Shown: positions 9,074 through 18,899 of the stretch, piece after piece
Numbering within the stretch: the first letter of the stretch is position 1
Layout: each line of letters opens with the position of its first letter
Assembly (NCBI GenBank): GCA_965116205.1
Contig: OZ220493.1
Span: 38,276 to 102,275, forward strand
Length of the DNA stretch: 64,000 nt
Source of the DNA: Arenicellales bacterium
GTDB taxonomy: Bacteria; Pseudomonadota; Gammaproteobacteria; Arenicellales; JAJDZL01
Direction of reading: 5' to 3'
Notes under the pieces: generated by a model
Databases searched by the model: none
Told to the model about the DNA's origin: nothing
What the model saw: only the letters and a program-made list of their open reading frames with translations
Made by a program: the position numbers and the translations under genes

Positions 9074-9351
9074 CAGCAACCTGACTCCTCATCAATGTTA
9101 CGTACTGGCGGCTCACTATCTAGAATTTCATGGGTCAAAGTATTCCGCCGCACCTTGAACCACTTGCGACAACCACCGGTGTGATGCCACCACTCAAGGT
9201 GCTCCCCGCGCGGGTTGTTACGAGTGTATACATAGTCATACCAATCCGACTCACTAGCGGTGAGTGCCGGTCGCTCTACCGTCGCATCACCTCGATAAGT
9301 GAATTCGACCTGTGCTCGCTCACCACACCAAGGACAACGAATCAGTAGCAT
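9073..9351 (-). CDS. soxD: Sarcosine oxidase family, delta subunit
   Basis: CPWCGER...EWWHHTGGC zinc motif. Confidence 0.95.
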   Translation of the reverse strand: MLLIRCPWCGERAQVEFTYRGDATVERPALTASESDWYDYVYTRNNPRGEHLEWWHHTGGCRKWFKVRRNTLTHEILDSEPPVRNIDEESGC

Positions 9352-9384
9352 ATCAATCAGTCTCTAGCGATGCTTGACAGCCGG

Positions 9385-10656
9385 TCAATGTGAGAACGCA
9401 AATGCGCCACTGCCCTTTTCATCCAATAGCGCTCCGGTCCGAAAACGCTCCAGACTGAGTGCTTCATTCAGGGTGTGCGGTTGATCATGAGCAATGGTGT
9501 GTGCGAAACACCAGCCCGAACCCGGTGTTGCCTTGAAACCACCGTAGCACCAACCACCATTCACATACAGGCCATCAATCGGTAGTTTACCGATGATTGG
9601 ACTGCCATCCATTGACATATCCATTACTCCACCCCAAGTTCGCAACAGTCGTACCCGACTGAGACAGGGAAACAAAGTGAGTACTGACTGTACTACGTAC
9701 TCAATCCTCGGTAAATTACCCCGTTGTGCGTAAGAGTTGTAGAAATCAAGGTCTCCGCCGAACAGCACCTCACCCTTATCAGTCTGATTAACGTAGACAT
9801 GCGACGCACCAGAGGTAACCACCGTGTGAATAATCGGTTTCAAGGGTTCGGTTACCATCGCCTGCAGGACATGTGACTCAATAGGGAGTTTCAGACCGAC
9901 CATAGCTGCCAGTCGACTAGTATTACCGGCCACAGCAAGACCCACTTTGTCAGCGCGAATGTCACCACGGTTTGTCTTAACACCAACTACTCGATTATTT
10001 TGCACCTTGATATCCATCACCTCACAATTCTGAATGATATCAACACCGAGTGCGTCAGCACCGCGCGCGTATCCCCAAGCCACGGCATCGTGTCGCGCCG
10101 TGCCACCTCTTTTTTGTAGCAGACCGCCAAAAATCGGATAACGAGTATTGGCAGAACAATCCAAGTGGGGCACCATATACCGGACTTGATCGGGTAGTAA
10201 CAGTTCTGCATCAATGCCATTCAATCGCATCGCATTACCCCGCTGTGCGAATGATTCCATCTCAGCATCACTATGCGCCAGGTTCAATACACCGCGCTGG
10301 GAAAACATGACGTTGTAATTGAGTTCCTGCGACAAACTTTCCCAAAGTTTGAGCGAATGCTCATAGAAATGCGCATTGCCATCTAACAGATAGTTGGAAC
10401 GGACGATCGTTGTATTGCGGCCGGTGTTACCACCACCCAGCCAACCCTTTTCCAGCACGGCGACGTTTTTGATGTTGTGTAGCTTAGCCAAGTAATAGGC
10501 ACTCGCCAATCCATGCCCGCCGGCACCAATGATGATCACATCGTAGGTTTTTTTAGGTTCAGGATCCCGCCAGGCCCTCGCCCAACGGCGATGCTCCGTC
10601 AGCGCATTTCGTACCAGTGAAAATCCGGAATAACGCTTCATTTTTCCCTTAGTCAT
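9385..10656 (-). CDS. soxB: Sarcosine oxidase family, beta subunit
   Basis: GAGGHG, GGNTGRNTTIVRSNY, ARHDAVAWGYAR. Confidence 0.95.
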   Translation of the reverse strand: MTKGKMKRYSGFSLVRNALTEHRRWARAWRDPEPKKTYDVIIIGAGGHGLASAYYLAKLHNIKNVAVLEKGWLGGGNTGRNTTIVRSNYLLDGNAHFYEHSLKLWESLSQELNYNVMFSQRGVLNLAHSDAEMESFAQRGNAMRLNGIDAELLLPDQVRYMVPHLDCSANTRYPIFGGLLQKRGGTARHDAVAWGYARGADALGVDIIQNCEVMDIKVQNNRVVGVKTNRGDIRADKVGLAVAGNTSRLAAMVGLKLPIESHVLQAMVTEPLKPIIHTVVTSGASHVYVNQTDKGEVLFGGDLDFYNSYAQRGNLPRIEYVVQSVLTLFPCLSRVRLLRTWGGVMDMSMDGSPIIGKLPIDGLYVNGGWCYGGFKATPGSGWCFAHTIAHDQPHTLNEALSLERFRTGALLDEKGSGAFAFSH

Positions 10657-11072
10657 CGTGCATCATCCTCGAAAAATTGCTCCAGTCTCCCGATCACCCG
10701 GACATTGGGTGCCAGCATATCCATTTCATTAAGTCGCTCGACTTCAATCCAACGTAACTGCTGCTGTTCAAGTCCCTGCGGTCGCCCTTCATACCTGACC
10801 ATCCGAAAATATAACATGACACGGCGCTCCGGATAATCATATGGAAAACTGTCAAATGGAGTAGAACTGACCACTTGAATACCCAATTCTTCATGGAGTT
10901 CCCGGACTAGCGCAGCGGATTCAGTTTCTCCGCTTTCAACCTTCCCGCCAGGAAATTCCCATTTGCCGAAATACTCATCTCGAACGGTCCGTCGGCCGAT
11001 CAACACGCGCCACTGAACATCAAAAATCAAGCCGACTACCACTGGAATTCGGTCAACTTCGGTATTCCGCAT
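10653..11072 (-). CDS. mutT: MutT-like Nudix hydrolase (start approximate)
   Basis: WEFPGGKVESGETESAALVRELHEELG Nudix box; conserved position after secA-argJ. Confidence 0.85.
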   Translation of the reverse strand: MRNTEVDRIPVVVGLIFDVQWRVLIGRRTVRDEYFGKWEFPGGKVESGETESAALVRELHEELGIQVVSSTPFDSFPYDYPERRVMLYFRMVRYEGRPQGLEQQQLRWIEVERLNEMDMLAPNVRVIGRLEQFFEDDAR

Positions 11073-12300
11073 TAATGCGCACATACTCATCACTTAAATC
11101 TGTAGTCCAAACCGTCGCCGAACCACATCCGTTATCCTGCCCCAAATCAATATTGATGGAAAATTCTGCCGCCGCCATGGCAACCACTGCTTCTTGTTCA
11201 TCATAGTCAGAGGGTGAAGCACCCGCGCAAAACACGTTAACATCGTTGATCGAGATGCTGACTTGACTCATATCAAGCCCGACAACCTCAGTGCGCCCAA
11301 TCGCTGCATAAATCCGCCCCCAATTCGGGTCAGACGCATGAAACGCCGTTTTCACTAACGGTGAAGCGGCCACTACTTTGGCGATTTTCATACAGTCGGC
11401 ATCCGTCGCACCATGTGTCACGTTGATGGTGACAAACTTCGTCGCCCCTTCCCCATCTCTGATGATGGACTGCGCGAGATTCACCGCCACGTCACGAATC
11501 GCATCCTCGAACTTTCTTTTCAGCGTCTCAGAACTTCGCCTGCTTATTTTAACGCCGGATTGGGCAGTCGCAACCAGTATGCAGGCATCGTTGGTGGACG
11601 TATCACCATCTACTGAAATGCAATTGAAACTTTCATCGGCCATTTGATTGAGAATCACCTGTAGATACTCAGAAGGTACCTGTGCGTCGGTGGCTATAAA
11701 CGCCAGCATGGTCGCCATATCAGGGGCTATCATACCTGATCCCTTAGCCATTCCAGACACGGTGAACTGTCGATTCGTCGCGAGTTCAACTGTTCTTGAT
11801 CGAACTTTTGGTACCGTATCTGTTGTCATAATTGCGCGCGCCGCTGCCAGCCAATTGTCTTCATTCAAGGTCGCTACACAATTATTGATGCCAGTTGAAA
11901 ATTTATCGATCGGCAAACGTTCTCCGATCACACCGGTAGAAAAGGGTAACACAGATTGTCGTTCCATACCCAACTGCTCAGCAACCAGGTCACAAACCGC
12001 CAAGCAGTCAGCAATTCCCTGCGCACCCAGTCCGGCATTGGCATTACCGCTATTGATTACCAGTGCGCGCGGCAACCCGCGCTGACGTCCCCCTGCGGAT
12101 TCCAGATGGCGGATGGCAACTTCAACCGGCGCAGCGCGCGCCTTGTTACGGGTAAACACCCCGGCGATAGTTGCGCCGGTGGGCACGGTGACCACCACAA
12201 GATCTTCACCCGGGAATTTACGAATACCAGCATCTGCCGTACCCATTTTGAAACCGTGTATAGCTCGCACGGCGGATGGAGCTGGTAAGTTGACAGTCAT
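11053..12300 (-). CDS. argJ: Bifunctional ornithine acetyltransferase/N-acetylglutamate synthase
   Basis: NSGNANA, IMTTDT, KGSGMIAPDMATML, DTSTND, RDGEGATK, INAEYRS. Confidence 0.97.
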   Translation of the reverse strand: MTVNLPAPSAVRAIHGFKMGTADAGIRKFPGEDLVVVTVPTGATIAGVFTRNKARAAPVEVAIRHLESAGGRQRGLPRALVINSGNANAGLGAQGIADCLAVCDLVAEQLGMERQSVLPFSTGVIGERLPIDKFSTGINNCVATLNEDNWLAAARAIMTTDTVPKVRSRTVELATNRQFTVSGMAKGSGMIAPDMATMLAFIATDAQVPSEYLQVILNQMADESFNCISVDGDTSTNDACILVATAQSGVKISRRSSETLKRKFEDAIRDVAVNLAQSIIRDGEGATKFVTINVTHGATDADCMKIAKVVAASPLVKTAFHASDPNWGRIYAAIGRTEVVGLDMSQVSISINDVNVFCAGASPSDYDEQEAVVAMAAAEFSINIDLGQDNGCGSATVWTTDLSDEYVRINAEYRS

Positions 12301-12303
12301 CAG

Positions 12304-15012
12304 TCAGTTGGTCATGCCGCAGCATCTTTTGTATTTCTTTCCGGAACCACACGGACACAGTTCGTTCCGACCCACTTTCGGTTTCCCTCGCACAAAAGTT
12401 TTCACAGGCGATGGGGGAAGACTGGCTACCGGTCCGCTCAACAAGGAGTCCGACTCTGTATGCGTATAGTTATATTCAGATACTGACTGTTCCTGCTGGT
12501 CGACGAATCGTTCGATATCTTCACTCGGCTTAATGTCAATTCGATAAAGCAGGCGAATCACTTCGTATGAGACGTTGAGCATCATTTCACCAAACATCTC
12601 GAAAGCTTCACGTTTGTATTCCTGTTTGGGATTTTTCTGCGCGTAGCCGCGCAGATGAATCCCTTGGCGGAGAAAATCCATATTGGCCAAGTGCTCTTTC
12701 CACGCTTTATCCAGGACGAACAACATCATGGTTTTTTCAGCGGTTCTCAACTGCGTTTGGTATTCTTCGTCCACCCGCACAAGATAGTGTTCGGCCAGCG
12801 CATCGTCAATTCTGGTGATCAAGCTTTCCTGACTGAGCTCGGGCTCCTTTTCTAGCCACTCAGCAATTGGCAACTTGGTATTAAAGGCTTGTTCTATTTC
12901 CCGAGTCAGCAATTCAAGATTCCATAATACATCCTCCGATTCAGGAGAGAGAGAGGCATTCACTACTGTTTCAACATATCGCTGCCGCATTTCCTGAATG
13001 GCATCGAAGATATTTTCGGCATCCATTAGGAAGTTGCGCTGCTCATAAACCACCTTGCGCTGCTCGTTGGCAACATCATCAAACTCGAGTAGTTGTTTTC
13101 GAATATCAAAGTTGCGTCCTTCAACTTTTTTCTGTGCATTTTCGATCGCCTTGGTAACCCAGGCATGCTCAATCGCTTCACCGTCTTCAAGACCTAATTT
13201 TCCCATCAATCCGGCCATTTTTTCTGACGCAAAAATGCGCAGTAAATTGTCTTCCAGAGACAGGTAAAATCGACTGGAACCGGGATCACCTTGCCGACCT
13301 GATCGACCACGCAACTGATTATCCACGCGACGCGATTCATGCCTTTCAGTACTCAACACATGTAGACCTCCGGCGGCAACCACCCGCGTATGTCGATGTT
13401 GCCAATCCGCGCGAATCGCATCCAACTGCGCGGGCTTAGCGTGCTCACCGGCATCAGCCAATTCCATCTCCAAATTACCACCTAGTACGATATCGGTCCC
13501 TCGTCCGGCCATATTCGTAGCAATGGTAACGGCACCGGGTACTCCAGCCTGAGCAATGATTCGGGCCTCTCGTTCGTGCTGTTTGGCGTTTAATACGTCA
13601 TGCGAAATGCCGGCTTTTTTCAGTAAACCAGCCAGATATTCAGACGTTTCAATTGACGCCGTGCCAACCAGAATGGGTTGTTCGTGACTATGTCGTTCTT
13701 TGATTTCCGTAACAATCGCTTGGAATTTTTCGGGTGTGGTTCGATACACAAGATCCGGCAGATCAGTACGCACCATAGGCTGATGCGTGGGAATGACGAC
13801 GACTTCAAGTCCGTAGATTTGCTGAAATTCCTCGGCTTCCGTATCGGCGGTACCGGTCATGCCCGCCAACCGCTCGTACAGTCTAAAGTAGTTTTGAAAG
13901 GTAATGGATGCTAAAGTCTGGTTTTCACGCTGTACACGCACTCCTTCCTTAGCTTCGATAGCCTGATGCAAGCCATCCGACCAACGCCGTCCCGGTTGCA
14001 TGCGGCCAGTGAACTCATCGACAATCACTACCTGACCTTCATGGATCAGATAATCCACATCGCGCTGAAACAGTGAATTGGCGCGCAACGCCGCAGTCAG
14101 ATGATGAACCAATCCGACATTGGAAAAATCATACAGTCCGGTATCATTCGGTAGCAGACCCGATTCCGCCAGCAGCTGTTCCGCCTTATCATGACCCTCA
14201 TCGGTGAGATAAACTTGACGGGTCTTTTCGTCCACACTGAAGTCCCCCGGTCCATCTTCCTGTTCCTGTCGCCTGAGCCGCGGCACAACTTTGTTCATCT
14301 GTGCATAAAGGGCAGTACTATCCTCAGCGGCGCCGGAGATGATCAGCGGTGTTCTCGCCTCGTCGATCAATATGGAATCCACTTCATCGACAATGGCATA
14401 AGTCAATTGACCCTGCACCCGATGCTCCGACGTGAATGCCATGTTGTCACGCAGATAGTCAAATCCCAATTCATTATTGGTGCCATAGACCACATCACTG
14501 GCGTAGGCGATTCGTTTTTCCGGCGGACTCATATTCGGCACCACCACGCCCACTGAAATGCCGAGAAAATGATAAATCTTGCCCATCCATTCCGCATCTC
14601 GGCGGGCCAGATAGTCATTGACGGTCACGATGTGCACCGAGTGTCCCACCAGCGCATTCAGGTAAACTGGTAAAGTTGCAACTAGCGTTTTTCCCTCACC
14701 GGTGCGCATTTCAGCTATTTTGCCGCGATGCAATACCATTCCACCGATCAGCTGGACATCGAAATGCCGCATGTCAAGTGTGCGTCTAGCAACTTCTCTC
14801 ACTACCGCGAAGGCTTCCGGCAGAAGTTCGTCTACCGATGCACCATTCACATGCCGCTGTCTGAAATGCGGCGTTTTCGCCGCTAGTTCAGCATCTGACA
14901 ACGTCTGCAGTTGCGGTTCAAGGGCATTGATCTCGTCGACCATCCTTGACATCTCTTTGATCAGTCGTTCATTACGGCTGCCAAAGAGTTTAGCCAGTGT
15001 TGTAGCAAACAT
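12304..15012 (-). CDS. secA: Preprotein translocase ATPase SecA
   Basis: MRTGEGKT, DEVDSILIDEARTPLIISG, QLRGRSGRQGDPG, C-terminal CPCGSGKKYKRCC. Confidence 0.99.
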   Translation of the reverse strand: MFATTLAKLFGSRNERLIKEMSRMVDEINALEPQLQTLSDAELAAKTPHFRQRHVNGASVDELLPEAFAVVREVARRTLDMRHFDVQLIGGMVLHRGKIAEMRTGEGKTLVATLPVYLNALVGHSVHIVTVNDYLARRDAEWMGKIYHFLGISVGVVVPNMSPPEKRIAYASDVVYGTNNELGFDYLRDNMAFTSEHRVQGQLTYAIVDEVDSILIDEARTPLIISGAAEDSTALYAQMNKVVPRLRRQEQEDGPGDFSVDEKTRQVYLTDEGHDKAEQLLAESGLLPNDTGLYDFSNVGLVHHLTAALRANSLFQRDVDYLIHEGQVVIVDEFTGRMQPGRRWSDGLHQAIEAKEGVRVQRENQTLASITFQNYFRLYERLAGMTGTADTEAEEFQQIYGLEVVVIPTHQPMVRTDLPDLVYRTTPEKFQAIVTEIKERHSHEQPILVGTASIETSEYLAGLLKKAGISHDVLNAKQHEREARIIAQAGVPGAVTIATNMAGRGTDIVLGGNLEMELADAGEHAKPAQLDAIRADWQHRHTRVVAAGGLHVLSTERHESRRVDNQLRGRSGRQGDPGSSRFYLSLEDNLLRIFASEKMAGLMGKLGLEDGEAIEHAWVTKAIENAQKKVEGRNFDIRKQLLEFDDVANEQRKVVYEQRNFLMDAENIFDAIQEMRQRYVETVVNASLSPESEDVLWNLELLTREIEQAFNTKLPIAEWLEKEPELSQESLITRIDDALAEHYLVRVDEEYQTQLRTAEKTMMLFVLDKAWKEHLANMDFLRQGIHLRGYAQKNPKQEYKREAFEMFGEMMLNVSYEVIRLLYRIDIKPSEDIERFVDQQEQSVSEYNYTHTESDSLLSGPVASLPPSPVKTFVRGKPKVGRNELCPCGSGKKYKRCCGMTN

Positions 15013-15227
15013 CAGTTGTTCAATGGATAGTTAATCAGCAGATTAAATTGCACATGTTCTTATCAAGCAACAGTCAGTGAGAGAACGAGTTTGCTTAAAA
15101 AACAAATGAGTAACCGCAGAAAATTCAGGATTTGTGTGAGTTGAACTGATTCTCGCTTGAATGATCCATCAAGCGTTCAAAGCCCACGGTCAGTGCAATG
15201 ATCAATATAAAATAGAAATTGAAGATG

Positions 15228-15252
15228 AATATTGCAAATCTGTTGCAATATT
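15228..15252. promoter_or_regulatory. Perfect 10-bp inverted repeat, putative operator in the divergent secA/DUF721 intergenic region
   Basis: AATATTGCAA-ATCTG-TTGCAATATT. Confidence 0.5.
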
Positions 15253-15309
15253 TTATTGAATAATATCCTGAAATTCTTAATCTAATATTACGTCTGCTGT
15301 ATCACCTCC

Positions 15310-15774
15310 ATGGCCACTACCAACTACTCTAAAGTATCGAAGATTCTGGCCGGAATCGAATTACCCAATGAACCACCGAGAGCTACTCAGGCAGATATTT
15401 TTCAGGTTTGGAGTCAAGCAGCCGGATCGGACATCGCCTACAACACCATCAATCTGCAAATTGAAGACCAGGTACTTTCGGTGACGGTTAATTCTCCGAC
15501 TTGGGCACATGCGCTGATCAACCATCAGACAACCATTCTGAATCGTCTCGTCGAATCAGGATACGAAAATCTGGCAGACATGACAATTCGGGTTGGCGTT
15601 CTCTCTGGAAGAAAATCACCGCGAACGACAATGCGTACCACCACAGTACCCCGCGCAAGCGCCATCACACCCAAACTTCGGAAACTATTCATTCAAATCG
15701 CCGAAAACGCTTCAAATCCGGAAACGAAAGAAGCATTTTTACGCTTAAGTCAAAGCGATTCGCGCGAGCAATGA
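15310..15774 (+). CDS. DUF721/DciA family protein
   Basis: W...AG..IA...LSVTVNSPTWAHAL pattern; conserved position between lpxC and secA on the opposite strand. Confidence 0.75.
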   Translation: MATTNYSKVSKILAGIELPNEPPRATQADIFQVWSQAAGSDIAYNTINLQIEDQVLSVTVNSPTWAHALINHQTTILNRLVESGYENLADMTIRVGVLSGRKSPRTTMRTTTVPRASAITPKLRKLFIQIAENASNPETKEAFLRLSQSDSREQ

Positions 15775-15857
15775 TGTCAATCATTGAATTTCGTGCGTTG
15801 CGCGAATTCATCAATCACCGCAGAAGCGACTGAAAAATGGATTAAGGACACATTCTG

Positions 15858-18689
15858 ATGCGCTTGTCCTGGAACGAAGTACGCACCCGCGCTGCTACCT
15901 TTGCTGAAAACTGGCGAGATGCCAGTTACGAAAAGGGCGAGACCCAGAGTTTCTACAATGCCTTTTTCGAAGTGTTCGGAGTCCGCCGGCGAAGTGTCGC
16001 ACGCTTCGAGGCTCGGGTAGCAAAACTAGACCACCGGCCCGGCTACATCGATCTGTTTTGGCCGGGCGTGCTGATCGTCGAACACAAAAGTGCCGGACAC
16101 AATCTGAAGACTGCTTACGAACAGGCGAGCGAGTATTTCGATGCGCTGCCTGAACACGAGCGCCCTCGTTATATTTTAGTCAGTGATTTTCAGAACTTCG
16201 AACTGTACGATCTTGATGAGCGTCAACACGTTGTCTTCCAGTTGGGTGACTTTCCCACCCACGTGGAATCATTCGGTTTCATTCTCGGCGTGCAGCGCCG
16301 CACCTTCCGCGATCAGGACCCGGCCAACATCAAAGCCGCCGAACTGGTGGGCAAATTGTATGATGCCCTTTCGGCTGCCGGCCACCGCGGACACGACCTA
16401 GAACGTCTTTTGGTGCGCATCGTGTTCTGCATGTTTGCCGATGATACTGGTGTGTTTGAACCGCGCGACACTTTTCTTGACCTGATGGAGACTCGCACCA
16501 GAGAGGATGGTACCGACCTGGGTCAATGGCTGACACATCTGTTTGAGGTAATCAATACCCCGGAAGACACACGGCCGGCAACTTTGGACGACGATCTAGC
16601 CCGATTCCCTTACGTCGACGGCGCTCTTTTCTCAGAACATCTACAGACTCCCGCATTTGATACGACGATGCGTAAAGTACTACTAGATGCCTGCCGCTTT
16701 GACTGGTCAGTGATTTCACCGGCCATCTTTGGCACCCTGTTTCAATCAGTCATGCAACCGGCAGAAAGACGCGAACTGGGCGCCCACTACACGACGGAGA
16801 AAAACATACTGAAAGTGATCGAACCACTGTTTATGGATGACCTGCGCAGCGAGTTCCGTCGATTGCAGGCCCGTAAGCCGGGTCCGCGCCGCCTTGCCGC
16901 CCTACGCCAGTTTCAGAAGAAACTAGGCGAACAAACCTTCTTTGATCCGGCCTGTGGCTGTGGCAACTTTCTCATCATTGCCTACCGGGAATTACGACTT
17001 CTGGAAACCGAAGTCATTCGCGAGATTCGTGACGCCACTCGGAAAGCGACACAAGCAGTACTGGATGTCAAATGGACGTCACTGGTGGATGTAGATCAGT
17101 TTTACGGTATAGAAATCGGTGAATTTGCGGTGCGCATCGCCGAAACCGCACTGTGGATGATGGACCACATCATGAACAATCGACTGAGTCTGGAACTGGG
17201 GCAGACATACGTGCGCATTCCACTGGATAGAGCACCTCACATATGGCATCGAGACGCGCTGGAAACGGACTGGTCGGAACTGTTACCGCCTGACCGATGT
17301 TCATTTATTCTCGGCAATCCACCATTCGTTGGGGCTAAATTACAAACGGTGAAACAGCGTAACCAGGTACGGAAGATTGCTGATCTTAGTGCAAGCGGCG
17401 GTACGCTTGATTATGTTGCTGCATGGTTCTTAAAAGCGGGTGAATATGTAATGAGAGGCGAGGTACGGATCGGACTGGTAGCGACCAATTCAGTGACTCA
17501 AGGTGAGCAGGTCGCGCAGCTTTGGCCTCTGCTGTTCGACAGATATCAGTTGGAAATTGCATTCGCCCACCGAACTTTCGCCTGGGGCTCCGACGCGCGC
17601 GGCAAGGCACAGGTGCATGTCGTGATCATCGGCCTGGAGCATCAGCGAATGGCACGCGCGGAAAAACGTCTGTTTACCTATCCGGACCATGTCGGTGAAC
17701 CGGAGGAGAGCCGTCACTCCGCGCTGTCACCCTATCTGTTTGATGCCGGCAGACTGTCTGACCCACACCTGACGGTTCAGGAGGCAAGCCGCCCGATCAA
17801 TGGCGCGCGCCCATTGATCATCGGTTCCAAACCCATTGATGGAGGTAACTACATCTTCGGGGCCGCGGAGCGCGAGGCATTGCTAGCGGTAGAACCTGAA
17901 GCCGCCCGCTGGCTTCGACCATACGTCGGCGCACGCGAATTTCTTGAGAATGGCGAGCGCTGGATTCTGGCGTTGCATAATGCGTCACCAGCAATTCTAG
18001 CGCGACTCCCGGAAGTACGGCGGCGCATGGTTGCCGTACGAAGTTATCGTGAGAACAGTAAAAGTACGCCAACTCGAAAACTCGCAGCAACGCCAACACT
18101 CTACCATGTCAACGTCACCCCTTCGGCACCTTTTTTGGCCATTCCTGAAACTAGTTCTGAGCAGCGTGAATATGTACCCATCGGCTGGTTACAACCACCG
18201 ACCATTCCAAGTAATGCCTTAAAAGTTCTGCTTGATGCCACCTTGATGGATTTCGCTCTGCTGACGTCGGCGATGCACATGGCCTGGCTACGCCATATCG
18301 GCGGGCGGCTGGGAAGCGGCTACCGGTATTCCATCGGACCAGTTTACAATACCTTTCCACTGCCACCCACAAACAAGACTGCAGATGCCGCTAAACTGAA
18401 GCAACGGGCTAAAGCGGTACTTGATGCCCGAGCCAAACATCCAAACGTCACGCTGGCCAACCTTTATGCCCCGGATCTGATGCCCCCGAATCTGCGCCGC
18501 GCCCATCAGGCATTGGACCGTGCCGTTGACCAACTTTACCGTCGCGCTGGATTTGACTCCGAACAGTCGCGAATCGAACACCTACTCATGCTTTATGAGA
18601 AAATGTGTTCGCCGCTGGAAACGAAAGTCAAACCAAAATCATCAAGACGAAAGAAGAAACTGTCGCAATCTTGGATGCGAAATCCTTAA
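15858..18689 (+). CDS. MmeI-like (Type IIL/IIG) fused restriction endonuclease-N6-adenine methyltransferase
   Basis: N-terminal PD-(D/E)xK-like IDLFWPGVLIVEHKS, GAHYT, motif I DPACGCGNF, motif IV GNPPF, C-terminal TRD with SSEQREYVPIG and YNTFPLP. Confidence 0.92.
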   Translation: MRLSWNEVRTRAATFAENWRDASYEKGETQSFYNAFFEVFGVRRRSVARFEARVAKLDHRPGYIDLFWPGVLIVEHKSAGHNLKTAYEQASEYFDALPEHERPRYILVSDFQNFELYDLDERQHVVFQLGDFPTHVESFGFILGVQRRTFRDQDPANIKAAELVGKLYDALSAAGHRGHDLERLLVRIVFCMFADDTGVFEPRDTFLDLMETRTREDGTDLGQWLTHLFEVINTPEDTRPATLDDDLARFPYVDGALFSEHLQTPAFDTTMRKVLLDACRFDWSVISPAIFGTLFQSVMQPAERRELGAHYTTEKNILKVIEPLFMDDLRSEFRRLQARKPGPRRLAALRQFQKKLGEQTFFDPACGCGNFLIIAYRELRLLETEVIREIRDATRKATQAVLDVKWTSLVDVDQFYGIEIGEFAVRIAETALWMMDHIMNNRLSLELGQTYVRIPLDRAPHIWHRDALETDWSELLPPDRCSFILGNPPFVGAKLQTVKQRNQVRKIADLSASGGTLDYVAAWFLKAGEYVMRGEVRIGLVATNSVTQGEQVAQLWPLLFDRYQLEIAFAHRTFAWGSDARGKAQVHVVIIGLEHQRMARAEKRLFTYPDHVGEPEESRHSALSPYLFDAGRLSDPHLTVQEASRPINGARPLIIGSKPIDGGNYIFGAAEREALLAVEPEAARWLRPYVGAREFLENGERWILALHNASPAILARLPEVRRRMVAVRSYRENSKSTPTRKLAATPTLYHVNVTPSAPFLAIPETSSEQREYVPIGWLQPPTIPSNALKVLLDATLMDFALLTSAMHMAWLRHIGGRLGSGYRYSIGPVYNTFPLPPTNKTADAAKLKQRAKAVLDARAKHPNVTLANLYAPDLMPPNLRRAHQALDRAVDQLYRRAGFDSEQSRIEHLLMLYEKMCSPLETKVKPKSSRRKKKLSQSWMRNP

Positions 18690-18899
18690 CCCCATCCGAA
18701 TGGCGCGTATCATGGGTAGCAACGAAGCCAGACCGGAGCACTGACTTAAACATCAAATCTGCTTCGCACCGACACCTTCTAGGCCATATCACATGGCGCT
18801 TCAGAAGGTGAAATTTTGTGACTGCCCTTTGGCTCCTTGGATGGAGTTTTTCACGTGCGCCTATTTTTCATTGTCGTTATACGACAACCAAGTCCATGA

